DNA of 63,862 nt, filler included, from Octopus bimaculoides (GCF_001194135.2; 5 parts of 5 records of this genome joined end to end with filler, not necessarily neighbours in it), one strand, 5' to 3'; counted from the whole stretch's first letter, positions 1-15,139 are shown. Numbers and translations: made by a program. The notes: generated by a model not told the origin, from the sequence alone.

Positions 1-339
1 ATATATATGCATATATATGCTCATATACATATCAGTGTATAGTTGTTCCTTTCATAACAAGCGCAGATTTCGGTTTCGATCCTGCTGTGTGTTATTTTGC
101 GTATTTGAATACTAACTAATACTTTGTGTTTTGAAAGTTGCCGAATAACTTGCTCATGGAATTTAGCAGACGTGAAATTTTCAGCTGGAGTTCGCGCGCA
201 CACACACACACACACATACACGCACATACACGCACACACGGACACTCGCATACACACACACACATACATATACACGTGTACATGCTCAAACAATATGGAA
301 ATGGCTAAATTACTAAAATTTAGAATGGCGAAATATGCG

Positions 340-450
340 CCGCGCTGACCTCAGTATAGAGGTCGTCTAAAAGAATGACAATGAAGGCGGTGCTCCAGCA
401 TGGCTGCACATCACTGACCGCAAGCAGTGAGACTAAGAGTGTATTAACAA
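340..450 (+). mobile_element. SINE family C tail fragment
   Basis: aaggcggtgctccagcatggctgca. Confidence 0.55.
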
Positions 451-599
451 GTATAATATTCTCTCCTGGCAACTTCCACTCACCTCGCATTTTTAATATT
501 CTTCAATCATCCTCCTGATATCAAAACGACCGCTATCGGCTAACCACCAACTAACGTCACTCCACGCTCGCCATTTACGAATTCTAACTCCGCTCACAC

Positions 600-829
600 T
601 CCCCGCTATTTCCCTATATGTAAATTGTGTGTGTGTGTGTGGGTGTGTGGGTGTGGGTGTGTACTTGTTTGTATAGGAAGAGAGCGAGGGAGTGAAAGAG
701 TGGAGAGGAGTAGCAAGAGAGAGAGAAAGATAATGAGATTGAGCGCGGCAAATATACACATGTGCGTGTGTAATGTATGTACTATGAGTGTGTGTGTGTG
801 TGTATCCTCATACATGTGTGTGTGTATGA

Positions 830-861
<32 letters not shown>

Positions 862-977
862 GTGTGTAGAGAGATAGATGTGTACATACATAAGACACAC
901 AGATAGATTGATAGTTAGGTAGATAGATAGATAGATAAACAAATAGGTACATATATAGAGAGATAGAGATGGAGAGA

Positions 978-1018
<41 letters not shown>

Positions 1019-1159
1019 AGATGGAGAGAGAGAGAGAGATTCACACACACACACTTCTATATACACACAGAGAGATAAATAGATTGATAGATAGACAGAT
1101 AGGTAGGTGGGTAGATAGATAGACGGACATATATACATGTTTATATGTAGATATACATG

Positions 1160-1196
<37 letters not shown>

Positions 1197-1676
1197 CAAC
1201 ACACATACGCACACGCACGCGCTCTTATATGCAAACTATCTTTCGCACATTCTCATTTTCTCAATCAATCTCATTCCCTCTCTCTCTCTCTCTGCCACTA
1301 CACCCATCTCCCTCAATACGAATCGTTTATACATATACATACACACATATATACGCTCGTATGTATGTATGTATGTATGTATGTATGTATGTATCGGTGA
1401 AGCTGGGCGCTAGTTTTAATTGGACACGTTTAGTGAATAGACGATTTAATAATAGTTTCTGACTGGGCTGACACTCTTTAATTATTTCATAGACTGAAGC
1501 GCACAATGGCAATTAATTACTAACATGTTGTACCTTTGTGTACTGCGTACAAGGCCTGCTTCTATCTATATTTGTATCTATGCATGCATATGTGTGCTTG
1601 CGCATGTGTAACTACATAGACACACGCATATACATACATATATATATTTTTGTGTACCTGTGTCTATTGGCATATT

Positions 1677-1713
<37 letters not shown>

Positions 1714-1987
1714 GTGTGTATGTATTATATATGTATGATGTGAAATATATATATATATGTGTGTGTGTGTATGTATATGGTAAAATGGCGAGCGTCATAA
1801 ATAAGAAAGCAGAAAGAGGAAGGGAAAATGAAGGAAATATTGAGAGAGAGGGACGAATTGTTAACAACATAAATATTACACATGCGCAAACACAACCACG
1901 AACACACCACACGTTTGTGCATATGCGTGCGTATGTATGGATGCAGATATATAGGTGTATATGTATGAATCTACGTGTGTATGCGTG

Positions 1988-2043
<56 letters not shown>

Positions 2044-2052
2044 TGTAAATAC

Positions 2053-2085
<33 letters not shown>

Positions 2086-2770
2086 CATGAATAAATACAT
2101 GTATGTACAGATACACATATATGCATGAAGGAAACCGATCGCATAAAGACGGACAATTAACAGATATATACTTGGTGAGATAGATAGATAGACACATACA
2201 TACATGCATACATACATAGACAGATAGATAAATACATAGATACATAGATAGATAGATGCNNNNNNNNNNTATATATATACATGAATAAATACATGTATGT
2301 ACAGATACACATATATGCATGAAGGAAACCGATCGCATAAAGACGGACAATTAACAGATATATACTTGGTGAGATAGATAGATAGACACATACATACATG
2401 CATACATACATAGACAGATAGATAAATACATAGATACATAGATAGATAGATGCATAGATAGATAGACAGACAGATAGATAGATAAACAGATAGATGGATA
2501 GATAGATAGATTGAGATAGATAGACAAATAGGTAGGTAGGTAGATAGATGGATAGGTAGATAGATAGATAGATATACAAGTAGACAGACAGATAGGTAGA
2601 TAAATAGATAGATAGATAGATAGATTGATAAAGAAATAGATAGATAGATAAATAAATAGACAGATAGATAGAAGGATAGATAGATTGATAGTTAAATAGA
2701 AGCAGGAAATAATTGATTGATTAATAAGCAAATACTGACACAAAAATAGCAATTACAGGTTTATATTTTG

Positions 2771-2808
<38 letters not shown>

Positions 2809-2813
2809 GCACA

Positions 2814-2850
<37 letters not shown>
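600..2850. repeat. Compound microsatellite tract (TG, GA, GATA, TA, TATG)
   Basis: Directly visible short tandem repeats. Confidence 0.95.
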
Positions 2851-2853
<3 letters not shown>

Positions 2854-3130
2854 TGTTTGAGTTAGTTTGATTAAGCCGTTCGTTAGTGGCAAGGCCATAC
2901 TGGCAAACTGTATCATCTCGTCGGCATCAGTGAATGACTACGAAATATAGAGGGCAGTGGGACTGGGATGAAGTGGTCATAACGTCTCAGTTTTGATTCT
3001 GCAATGGAGAAGTCAAACTAGACGAACAAGTGAGAAGCGAGACGCGAACAGCAATCAATATACGACCACCATTAGACCGTGTTCTTTCACATCCTTTCTC
3101 GCAGCCACCAGAAGCAGTGGTTGGTATATG

Positions 3131-3514
3131 TTGTTGGCACTCCGTTGCTTTCGACGTCGAGGGTTCCTGTTGAACCGTTCAACGGAACAGCCTGCTCGTG
3201 AAATTAACGTGCAAGTGGCTGAGCACTCCACAGACACGTGTACCCTTAACGTAGTTCTCTGGGATATTCAGCGCGACACAGTGTGACAAGGCTGACCCTT
3301 TGAAATACAGGCATAACAGAAACAGGAAGTAAGAGTGAGAGAAAATTGTGGTGGAAGAGTACAGCAGGCTTCACCACCATCACCTGCCGGAGCCTCGTGG
3401 AGCTTTTAGGTGTTTTCGCTCAATAAACACTCACAACGCCCGGTCTGGGAATCGAAACCGTGATCCTATGACCACGAGTCGGCTGCCCTGACCACTGGGC
3501 CATTGCGCCTCCAC
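3131..3514 (-). mobile_element. tRNA-derived SINE family B, full length
   Basis: tRNA-like head (tggcccagtggtcagggcag...ggtttcgattccc), CAA tail, 12-bp TSD GGTTGGTATATG at 3119-3130 and 3515-3526. Confidence 0.9.
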
Positions 3515-3577
3515 GGTTGGTATATGAAATAGTGCCTATCAATTTATGCATGCATGAATGTATGTATGTGCGTCTTT

Positions 3578-3672
3578 AGTCAGTTTTATTTCAAGATTTC
3601 TTGCCAATGGAGAAAGAACCGGTTTCGAACTTAGATCCAAGTCTACTTCAGTGGAATTTCAACATTAATAGG
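3578..3672 (+). repeat. Unclassified short dispersed repeat (inverted copy at about 52610-52685)
   Basis: cagttttatttcaagatttcttgccaatggagaaagaaccggtttc vs gaaaccagctctttctctattggcaagagatcttgaaatagaactg. Confidence 0.6.
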
Positions 3673-4039
3673 GTGTTTTTGTAAGTATGTATGTATGTAT
3701 GTTTTGTGATGAGATTTACGGCGCGCCCTTGAAAGAGATATACTGGGCTGAGTAAAGTATAAATAGTAACGATCCGAGTGATTTAAAGGTCCAGAGTTCG
3801 GATTCGAGTGAAGTTCGTGTTAGTTCGCAGTGAAGTGGAAGGTGTCGGTTTGTTAGTTCACCAAGAATATTGATTGTTGATTCATAAAAGGATTTGTTTG
3901 TTCATTTCATTGTTGTTACTGTTGTCTGGTTATCTTTTATTTATTTTACGTACGAAATTACGTTTCAACATCTGCCGACGAGGGTCTCGAAGCTCACGTA
4001 GGTTATTTAACAACTTCTTAAATAATTTTTTCTACTATA

Positions 4040-4215
4040 AGCAGAAGGGCCGAATTTTCGATTAGATCGACCCCAGTACGCAACTGGTACTTAATTTGTC
4101 GACACCGAAAGGATGTAAAGCAAAGTCGACCTCGGTGGAATTTGAACGCAGAACGTAAAGACAGACGAAATACCGTTAAGCATTTCGTCCGGCATGCTAA
4201 CGTTTCTACCAGCGC
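4040..4215 (-). mobile_element. tRNA-derived SINE family A
   Basis: Reverse complement of ggtagaaacgttagc...gttcaaattccaccgaggtcgactttgc...catcctttcgg.gtcgac. The central block resembles conserved metazoan SINE domains (tentative). Confidence 0.85.
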
Positions 4216-5766
4216 GCCGCCACAACTTGCTAAATAATGGAAGACCTATTAACTTCCGTAGTACGGTTGCAAATATGTATGTATATATGTATGCATGCAT
4301 ATGCATATATATATGCATGCATATGTATATATGTATGCATGCATATGTATATATGTATGCATGTATATATGTATACATGTATATATGTATGCATGTATAT
4401 ATGTATACATGTATGTATGCATGCATGTATGCACGGATGCATGTATGGCACCCTCCTCCAAAATTTCGGGTCTTGNNNNNNNNNNNNNNNNNNNNNNNNN
4501 NNNNNNNNNNNNNNNNNNNNNNNNNNNNNNNNNNNNNNNNNNNNNNNNNNNNNNNNNNNNNNNNNNNNNNNNNNNNNNNNNNNNNNNNNNNNNNNNNNNN
4601 NNNNNNNNNNNNNNNNNNNNNNNNNNNNNNNNNNNNNNNNNNNNNNNNNNNNNNNNNNNNNNNNNNNNNNNNNNNNNNNNNNNNNNNNNNNNNNNNNNNN
4701 NNNNNNNNNNNNNNNNNNNNNNNNNNNNNNNNNNNNNNNNNNNNNNNNNNNNNNNNNNNNNNNNNNNNNNNNNNNNNNNNNNNNNNNNNNNNNNNNNNNN
4801 NNNNNNNNNNNNNNNNNNNNNNNNNNNNNNNNNNNNNNNNNNNNNNNNNNNNNNNNNNNNNNNNNNNNNNNNNNNNNNNNNNNNNNNNNNNNNNNNNNNN
4901 NNNNNNNNNNNNNNNNNNNNNNNNNNNNNNNNNNNNNNNNNNNNNNNNNNNNNNNNNNNNNNNNNNNNNNNNNNNNNNNNNNNNNNNNNNNNNNNNNNNN
5001 NNNNNNNNNNNNNNNNNNNNNNNNNNNNNNNNNNNNNNNNNNNNNNNNNNNNNNNNNNNNNNNNNNNNNNNNNNNNNNNNNNNNNNNNNNNNNNNNNNNN
5101 NNNNNNNNNNNNNNNNNNNNNNNNNNNNNNNNNNNNNNNNNNNNNNNNNNNNNNNNNNNNNNNNNNNNNNNNTATATATATATATATATATTCTTGGTAT
5201 AAATTAATCTAATAAACTAACTTTTGGAAAAGAATAGAAACAAGAAAAAAAATCAGACAATGGTAAAATATGGAAAACAACGAAAATAGATAAAAAAAAA
5301 ACATTGGAAAATCAAATTGAATCTGTGTGTCTGTGCAGGTGTGTGAGTATGTATATGTAAGGTCGAAATTCGATACAAAAATCGGAAAATATCAAAGACT
5401 CCCTTTGAGCATATGTCCACATCATTTTTTTATTTAATAATTAAGTGTATACATACACACTCGCGCATATATATTTATACATATGGCGTACGTATGTTTG
5501 TATATAGATATGTGTGTGCGTGTGTATATATATATATAATACGTACACACGCATACATATATTTGTATATATAAGCTGTGTACGTCTGCATGTATCCACA
5601 ATGACTTATCACTGAAACATCTTGAACGTTGTGCAATGTTCCGTTTAGTTTCGCTTTTGATCGCTTTATATATTTTAAAGTAAATCTCATAAAATGCATT
5701 TTTCTTTTGAAAAAAACAACTTTAGCCTCGTGGCAATGATTGTTTTTGTAAGTAGCGCCTTCCTAT

Positions 5767-5815
<49 letters not shown>

Positions 5816-6059
5816 TATATATATATACACATAAATACATAAATATGCGTGTGCGTGTGTGTGTGCGTGTATCTGTGTGTGTGTGTGTGTGTGTGTGTGT
5901 GCCTCTCTTGTTTTCGAAACAAAACTCCGCGGTAATGCCATCTATACTGTTAACCTCTGTATCTCTCTCGTTCGCTATCTTTCTTATGCATTTATCGATC
6001 TGTTCGTTATTGTTCTTGCATTAACTCTTCGACCTGTACAACAACAACAGCGACACCAT

Positions 6060-6420
6060 CAGAAATAATAATGACAACGACAATAATAATAATAACAATA
6101 ATGATGATGATGATAGGTGGTGATGATGATAGATGGACATCGGTGACGAAGAAGAAAATGAAGAAGTGGAAGAAAATGAAGAAAATGAAGAAGTAAATGA
6201 AGAAGAAGAAAGTGAAGAAGAACAAGAAGAAAAGGAAGTAATGAAGAAGAAGAGGAAGTAATGAAGAAGAAGAAGAAGAAAAGGAAGAAGAAAATCAAAC
6301 GAGCGAATGCGAGATTATTAATATCAAAAAGAGGAGTAGCAACAGCGAAAGCACCAATAGCAACAACAACAACAACAGCGACAACAATATAGCAACAACA
6401 AAAAGAAAGAAAGAAAAACC
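6060..6420. repeat. Purine-rich (GAA/AAT/CAA)n tract
   Basis: Directly visible. Confidence 0.9.
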
Positions 6421-6798
6421 TGAATATCAACAATGTTTAGTCCATTGTCGTATCTCTGGTTGATCAACTGATGAAAGCAAATTCCGGATTAAGAGCTTGA
6501 CTCGCGTAACCTTTATATTTGCAACGTTAATTCCGTGTTATGGACGGCCATCTTTAATTTCTATAACGGAGTCTTGATTGAAGTAATTTCCTGAGACAAA
6601 ACAATAATGAACATCATCAGTTTCGTTCTTCAGTAAAGAAAACAAAAATAAAACTGGGAAAAAAAAAGTAAGGGGGAGAGAGGAGGAGTAGGGGGGAAGA
6701 ATGAGGGCGGGAAATGGAGAGGGTGGAAGAGTGAAAATGCTTGGGGATTCACTGATGTTGACATGCACACATATATACATACGTACACTTTCACGCAC

Positions 6799-6853
<55 letters not shown>

Positions 6854-7817
6854 CATACATACATATATATATACATACATACATACATATATATATACAT
6901 ATATACATACATACATATATATATATACATATATACATACATACATATATATATACATATATACATACATACATATATATATATATATACATGTATACAT
7001 ACATACATATATATATATACATGTATGCGTGTGTATGTATGCACGTATGTACGTATGTGTTAATGTATATACAGGTATGTATATTTGTNNNNNNNNNNNN
7101 NNNNNNNNNNNNNNNNNNNNNNNNNNNNNNNNNNNNNNNNNNNNNNNNNNNNNNNNNNNNNNNNNNNNNNNNNNNNNNNNNNNNNNNNNNNNNNNNNNNN
7201 NNNNNNNNNNNNNNNNNNNNNNNNNNNNNNNNNNNNNNNNNNNNNNNNNNNNNNNNNNNNNNNNNNNNNNNNNNNNNNNNNNNNNNNNNNNNNNNNNNNN
7301 NNNNNNNNNNNNNNNNNNNNNNNNNNNNNNNNNNNNNNNNNNNNNNNNNNNNNNNNNNNNNNNNNNNNNNNNNNNNNNNNNNNNNNNNNNNNNNNNNNNN
7401 NNNNNNNNNNNNNNNNNNNNNNNNNNNNNNNNNNNNNNNNNNNNNNNNNNNNNNNNNNNNNNNNNNNNNNNNNNNNNNNNNNNNNNNNNNNNNNNNNNNN
7501 NNNNNNNNNNNNNNNNNNNNNNNNNNNNNNNNNNNNNNNNNNNNNNNNNNNNNNNNNNNNNNNNNNNNNNNNNNNNNNNNNNNNNNNNNNNNNNNNNNNN
7601 NNNNNNNNNNNNNNNNNNNNNNNNNNNNNNNNNNNNNNNNNNNNNNNNNNNNNNNNNNNNNNNNNNNNNNNNNNNNNNNNNNNNNNNNNNNNNNNNNNNT
7701 ATATGTGCGACGTACGTGTTTGCCAAATTGGCTGAGAATCTCTACAGCTTATTATATGTTACCAGAGAATATGTGCATGCGCTCATGCCAATGTGTGCGT
7801 GTGGCTATGCTTCTCTG

Positions 7818-7848
<31 letters not shown>

Positions 7849-8341
7849 TTACATGTGTGTGCTTGCATGCGTTTATGTTTTTGTTTGTTTGTGAGAATTT
7901 GTGTTTATATGTGGAAGTGCTCGTGTGTCTATGAATGCATGTGCGTAAGTGTTTTGTTGTGCTGTGTACGTATTGTGTGCCTGTGAATGTGTAGTCATGT
8001 GACTGTGTGTAGCTGTGAGTATGCGAATGTGCATGCGCGAGANNNNNNNNNNTGCAAATATTTTTGACGATAAATAGATGTTATCCGCCTTCCTCTCTCT
8101 CACTTTCTCACTCTCTCTTTCTCTCTCTCGCACTCACTCACTGTCTTTTCCACCACACTAGTGATTCTCTTTCTATTCATCCATGCATCTATCGAAGGAT
8201 ATAATCCAAACATTCTTTTACAGCAAGAATCACGTGTCTGTATAAACGTTTGTGAACACGCACACAAACAAACAAACAAACAAACATGCATGTATATGTA
8301 TATGATATAGGAATATATACATGGACCAGCTTTTCCTTTAA

Positions 8342-8561
8342 CCGTTTATCATTCAGATAACTTTGTCAATTAAACTGCTTGAAACTTCACATTGATTTGA
8401 ATTAATTATGCAATATCTTGCAGTTTGGTGATTCTGATGATGTAATTGTCTATTTTCTTAATGGCATTGTAGGGCAGATGTGAAAGGTTTGATCTGGCCA
8501 TTTTGAAAATAAAACAGGTAGAATATTTTGCACGGATATGGCCAGTTACAATGCTAAATGG
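8342..8561. mobile_element. piggyBac-type MITE, decayed
   Basis: TTAA on both sides (8338-8341, 8562-8565), degenerate TIRs ccgtttatcatt / aatgctaaatgg. Confidence 0.6.
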
Positions 8562-9134
8562 TTAAGCATAAATAAGACGATTGCATTTGCGTTTAACATT
8601 TTTATTAAGAATATTTCTTATTTGGAATTTCTTTATCAGTTGTTTATGCTTAGCTCAGAACAGTAGTTTCCGTAAATCTCTTAACCTTTCCACGATTTCG
8701 TCTCAACTTCAGAATAAATTGATGGTAGCAGTCCCTGTCAGGCCAAGGTGTTGTAACTGTTGAAACAAAATCATCATTGGCGATTTTAAAAGTATTTTAA
8801 ATAATTAACTCCTCATTATTATCATACTGTATTCAAAGGCTAATGTATCTCAGCGTTGAATTTTCTTTTGTATTTTACTATTTAGCGATGTTTATTGAAT
8901 TCTATGTTGGTATTATCAACTAATGTTTTATTTTTGTAGGAGGCAGATTAAATCAATAATTTTTCCTAATTCCACGTTCATTCATTGATTGTCTGACGTG
9001 CGCTTGAAAATTTCTACATTTGTACAATCATTGTTTCTACTTACTATAATATTCTCGTAATCTGTTACTACAAACTACGAAAACATAACAATAAGATATT
9101 CATCATCATTAGGTCATCTTAATAATAATAATGG

Positions 9135-9345
9135 TTTCAAGTTTTGCCACAAGGGCAACAGTTCTTGGGTGGGGGATGAGTCGATTACATCGACCTCAGT
9201 CTTCAACTGGTACTTATTTTAACGACCCCCGAAAGAATGAAAGGCAAAATCGACCTCGGCGCAATTTGAACTCAGAACGTAGCGACGGGCAAAATACCAC
9301 TAAGCATTTCCTCCAACATGCTAACGATCCTGTCGACTCACCGCT
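9135..9345 (-). mobile_element. SINE family A
   Basis: Same head and central block, tttgaaaccattattat-type tail. Confidence 0.85.
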
Positions 9346-9702
9346 TTCATCTGAGGAATTGTGTTCCCTATAATACTAATACGTTTCGAGTTGTCAGCAT
9401 TGCAGACGTAAAACACACAAAGAAATACTCAACGCTACTATATATACATTTGTAAAATACGTACACATAACCTCATACATTTTTAAACGAATATTCATTG
9501 TTCATTGTACAGATACACATTCAATTACACAGAAAACAAAAAAGAATTACATATACACACGGAAGGGTGCATCCAGAGCGAAATACATGCGAAGATAAAT
9601 GCCAAAGTATTGATAGTCAAACACACATGCACATATACATATCTACACAGACATATACACACATGCATACACTCCCAAACATGTGTAAACACGCACGCAC
9701 GC

Positions 9703-9734
<32 letters not shown>

Positions 9735-10034
9735 ACATGCACACATACATATATATGGAGATGTATATTTTCTTTATGATGGCATATTCCAGGAATGTTA
9801 TTTATGACACATTCTTGATCATTTTATTTTCATATGGATTATGAAACATAATCAAGCAGAGAAGGAAGTTGGAAATAAGTAAATATAGAACCTGATAAAG
9901 CAAAATCTTATGCTTGAAGAGAGACTGTCAGATATGATTTCTCTTTCGTATGCAAAACGTATGTCTTTCACTGAAACAGCTGTAAGGACTGGGAGCTTGC
10001 TTGAAGAACTATCGACATAGTTATTATACAAATA

Positions 10035-10262
10035 ATAATGGTTTCAAACTTTAGCACAGGGCTGACCTGTTGTTTTGAATGTGAAGAGATGGAAAATACA
10101 TCGACCCCAGTACCAAACTGGTACTTATTTCATCGAGCCCGAATAGATTGAAGACAAAGACTTCGGCTTACTTTGAACTCAGATCATAAAGATGAACGAT
10201 ATACCGCTAAGCATTTTGTTCGATATGCTCACGAATCTGCCAGTTCCCCGCCATATCATACA
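10035..10262 (-). mobile_element. SINE family A, diverged
   Basis: tcgaccccagtacc..ctggtacttatttc and a head homologous to the other copies. Confidence 0.75.
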
Positions 10263-10654
10263 ACTTATAAAATATCCAAATTGAAATTTTGTTTAGATTA
10301 TTTCAAATTAGGAAATTTGGGGAATGTTAAATTTTCACATCGTGCATGTATATGTATATGTGTTCGTGTATGTGCGTGTGTGCGTGTGTGTGTGTGTGTG
10401 TGTGTAGGTAGGTAGAGTGTGTGCGTATTTATGTATGTTGCGTGAGAGCGTTTGCGGGTGTAACCTTTCAAAGTGAACACACACAGCGATCAAAGGAATT
10501 TGTCTCTTTAACTAGTGGTTTAGTAATCGTACAGACACAGACATATGTAGCAGTCCCGCAAAGTTGCTGAAAGGTAAGTACGAGTATATAGCATATATTC
10601 TTCCTATTCGTAGACTTGAGATCCATCATTCTTGTTTATTTCTTGCTTTATATA

Positions 10655-10735
10655 GAGTCGGATGATGCTCAATTTATCGACCCCGTAAGAATGAAAGGCA
10701 AAGTCGACCTCGGTTGAATTTGAACCTGATGTAAT
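10655..10735 (-). mobile_element. SINE family A fragment
   Basis: tcgaccccgtaagaatgaaaggcaaagtcgacctcggttgaatttgaac. Confidence 0.7.
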
Positions 10736-11914
10736 TTGAAGTATACACAACGGTTGCACGTTATATCCACGTATTAAGTCACGTAGCAGAATTGTATCAC
10801 AATTCAATAATTAAACCTCGATTCAGGGCTATGTTAATCAAGCGAATGTCTTATGTAAAATCATTGACAACAGATTATCAGAACAGCAGAAAAAAAAAAA
10901 AAAATTGCGTAGTTTGTCTCCAAGGTTGTCTTTGTTACTATGTGGGAGAATGTGAATTATAATAGTTTAATACCGCTTTCATGTATTGTTATATCTTATT
11001 CAGTCAATATTTATAATTCTTAATACGATATTTTCACTTTTCTATATTTGATTAGTAGTTCTGTCGACATAAAGATGAAGTGGAAAGTCTAGGAATTTAA
11101 GTGATTTGTCTCTTGCATAGAATATGTCTAATGGAATTTGTCTGGTATTAGTATTTCGTATTTGTTGCCAATTAATAGTGAGTCAGTTTCTCAATGTAAG
11201 TTTCGTTTGTCCTATGTAATCTTCATTACAGCTATTACGTCATATCGTAAATCAAACTTTTTGACAAACAGGTGAAGTGATTTTTTTGCAATGACAATTT
11301 CTTACATTAAATTTATATGATGTGTCTTCCATAAGACTTATGCAGTTAAAGCAATATTTTTACTATTAGTGTCGTGCATGTTGTGGGTAATTTAGCGCTG
11401 GTAAATTTTGCTTATTTTTTGCTTTTTATCCTTTCGTGTATTTCGATTGCTATTTTTCATTCTTGGGTCGTGCTTCAACAATGGAGTTTTATGATGGACA
11501 ACTCACATCAAAACACCTAGAAAGAAATATAGAAACATACAACACAATCCATATATAGGTGGGTGAGACAGACAGTTAGAAAGACAGTCAGGCAGACAAA
11601 CATACTGACAGACAGACAGATACGTTACAAAGTATTGTTATTTGATGAACTGTGACTGTTACACAACGAAATCAATAAACCTTTACGGGAAGACATTGAA
11701 ATTTATGCGGTCATAGTTGAAAAAATATCAGGAATATACTTTCCCCATTATTTTGGAAACACCAACAAAAGCAAGACAACACCAACAACAGCAACAACAA
11801 TCGTGACTGTAGCAGTACATATCTCTACAGCGATGTCGCTTCGAAACAAACAAACAAAAGAAAAAACAAGTTTCTAATACAGTTGCAAATAAAACCTAAG
11901 TAAAAAATATACAC

Positions 11915-12335
11915 TCTTTTACTCGTTTCAGTCAGTTGAGTGTGGCCATGCTGTCACACCGCCTATTTTGTCGAGCAAATCGACCCTAGGACTTATTCTT
12001 TGTAAGCCTAGTACTTATGCTATCGGTCTCTTTTGCCGAACCGCTAAGTTACGGGGACGTAAACACACCAGTATCGGTTGTCAAGCGATGCTGGGGCGGN
12101 NNNNNNNNNNNNNNNNGGGGGGAACAAACACAGACACACAAACATATGCACACACACACACACATATATATAAACATGTATACGACAGGCTTCTTTTAGT
12201 TTCCGTCTACCAAATCCGCTCACAAGGCTTTGGTCGGCCCGAGGCTATAGTAGAAGACACTTACCCAAGGTGCCACGCAGTGGGACTGAACCCTAAACCA
12301 TGTGGTTGGTAAGCAAGCTACTTATCTTGCAGCCA
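11915..12335 (-). mobile_element. tRNA-derived SINE family C, full length with internal microsatellite
   Basis: Reverse complement of the 38085-38475 type, (CA)n in the middle. Confidence 0.9.
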
Positions 12336-12859
12336 GTAATTTTATATCCAAATGGCTGTCATGCGGGAGTGAAGACAATGCATTTGGCGGAGATTGTTGG
12401 TATCGCTAGTTTTTTTCATTCTCTGCAAATATACTACTACTGCTGCTGCTGCCGCCGCTGCTACTAATAATAATACTAGCGCCACTACTGCTACTACAAC
12501 CACCACCACCTACTTCTACTACTACTACTACAAGGATTCCCAAAGTGAGCTGGAAGATCCATTAGAGTCTACAAAAAAGAAATTACCCTCAGAATACTTG
12601 GCCCGGCTCTTTCCGTTCTCAGTTCAAATACAACCAAAGACTGCTTCGCTTAATGCCCTCCACATTCTGAAGGAACCCACCCCCGGGGGAAAGAACTAGA
12701 CACGGGATGATGACGATGGCATAGAACAATCTTCTCAACCAAATTTTCGGTCGTCTTCTTGAATTTGAAATCTTTCTTTTTCCGATGATCGACAGAAAGA
12801 AACACATGCGTGTGATCTGATGCAACGACATTCCTAATCAAGAAGTTATGTACGCTGAG

Positions 12860-13384
12860 GAGAGGTGGTCAGAGTTATCAGCGTTACCACCAGCATTGCC
12901 GCCACCACCGTCACCACAATCACCAACACCATCACCATAATCACTATCATCACTGTCACCACCAACACCGTTATCGGCATCACAACAATTGTCTTCATCA
13001 TCACAAGCACCAACTCCACCACCATCATACGTACTACCACCACCAACACTAATATCGGCATCATCATCACCACCACTACCGATATCACCACCACCACTGC
13101 CACCACGACGACCACGACGACGACCATGACCACCACCACCACCATCATCATCGGGAATACGATCTTCCTCATCAAAGCCTTTATCGATTTCGATTTTCGT
13201 AGATTTTTAAATAGTGAGTGAATTGATTTGATATTGTTCACGAACAAGCTACACTCTGTGTGAGCTGCTGCTGCTGCTAATGTCTAGGTCCATCATCATC
13301 ACCATCATCATCATCCTCCTCCTCCTCCTCCTCATCATCATCATCATTATCATCATTTCCGCTGGTTTCTAATGTTATCATTTA
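12860..13384. repeat. Degenerate (CAC/CAT/ACT)n trinucleotide domain
   Basis: Cryptic triplet periodicity that yields Thr/Ile or Val-rich pseudo-ORFs. Confidence 0.85.
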
Positions 13385-15139
13385 NNNNNNNNNNNNNNNN
13401 NNNNNNNNNNNNNNNNNNNNNNNNNNNNNNNNNNNNNNNNNNNNNNNNNNNNNNNNNNNNNNNNNNNNNNNNNNNNNNNNNNNNNNNNNNNNNNNNNNNN
13501 NNNNNNNNNNNNNNNNNNNNNNNNNNNNNNNNNNNNNNNNNNNNNNNNNNNNNNNNNNNNNNNNNNNNNNNNNNNNNNNNNNNNNNNNNNNNNNNNNNNN
13601 NNNNNNNNNNNNNNNNNNNNNNNNNNNNNNNNNNNNNNNNNNNNNNNNNNNNNNNNNNNNNNNNNNNNNNNNNNNNNNNNNNNNNNNNNNNNNNNNNNNN
13701 NNNNNNNNNNNNNNNNNNNNNNNNNNNNNNNNNNNNNNNNNNNNNNNNNNNNNNNNNNNNNNNNNNNNNNNNNNNNNNNNNNNNNNNNNNNNNNNNNNNN
13801 NNNNNNNNNNNNNNNNNNNNNNNNNNNNNNNNNNNNNNNNNNNNNNNNNNNNNNNNNNNNNNNNNNNNNNNNNNNNNNNNNNNNNNNNNNNNNNNNNNNN
13901 NNNNNNNNNNNNNNNNNNNNNNNNNNNNNNNNNNNNNNNNNNNNNNNNNNNNNNNNNNNNNNNNNNNNNNNNNNNNNNNNNNNNNNNNNNNNNNNNNNNN
14001 NNNNNNNNNNNNNNNNNNNNNNNNNNNNNNNNNNNNNNNNNNNNNNNNNNNNNNNNNNNNNNNNNNNNNNNNNNNNNNNNNNNNNNNNNNNNNNNNNNNN
14101 NNNNNNNNNNNNNNNNNNNNNNNNNNNNNNNNNNNNNNNNNNNNNNNNNNNNNNNNNNNNNNNNNNNNNNNNNNNNNNNNNNNNNNNNNNNNNNNNNNNN
14201 NNNNNNNNNNNNATATACACACACACACGCAGGAGCAGATGTCGTGCACACTACATATATATGTATACATACTTGTATCTTATATATATATATATATATA
14301 TATATAAATTATGCATGTATAAATTTCATTTCTTCCTGTGCATATTACATTTCGTATAATTTTACCTATAGTTTCATGCCATCCTTCTCTCTTTCTTTTT
14401 CTGATTGCGTACGTATGTCTCTATACGTATGTGTGTTTGTGTGTGTGAGGCGCGAGTGTGCGCCTGAACGTGGTTGTGTACACGCGAGTGCGTGTGTGCA
14501 CGCATCTACGTGTGTTATTGCAGTCATTGTGATTCTATCCGCATGTGGAAAACCGAATCGAAAGAAAATACAGAATCAAATGAAATAAGAAACCCAACAA
14601 ACGATGTCTTTAGAATTTTTTAATTGAGTTTCATGCTTCACATTGCACTAAGTTTTATCCCGTATTTTATAGGAAATTATAACATCAAAATTGAACATCC
14701 ATGATTATTGTATATATTTCTATTTCAGCGATTTCATAAACGTCATTTTTGCTTTAATACATAACTTTATAATCAATTTACAAGGAATAATAGAGCACAA
14801 AATTGACTGCTTAATTGAATCTTATTTTATGCCCCTCGTATATAAGTTCGAATCACATCCTGGTCAATTTCGGTTATTATTTTTATGAAGCTATTTTCTA
14901 TTTTCTTTTTTAAGAATTAACTTATTAGAGAAGAATTATGCATGTGACAGATTCAGGTCATTTAATTTATTTGGGGGTTTTTGAGGGGTTTTTTTTGCGA
15001 CTGCAATTTGACTTTTGTTGAGTACAGCTTGCCAAGGAGAGAAATCGAAGGAGCAAGTTTGTTGCTTGATCGTGAAAATGCTAGGAATAAGACCTATATT
15101 GGGATTGGATAGCTTGAAGAGTAGAAATAGATGTATCAA

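Noticed and set aside
2085-2455. About 170-bp tandem duplication around a 10-N gap (similar case at 50150-50230)
   Set aside because: Identical sequence on both sides of a minimal gap is typical of unmerged contig overlap.
6474-6520. CTGATGA-AAGC...GCTT possible hammerhead
   Set aside because: The stem is followed by GACT rather than GAAA, and there is no stem I.
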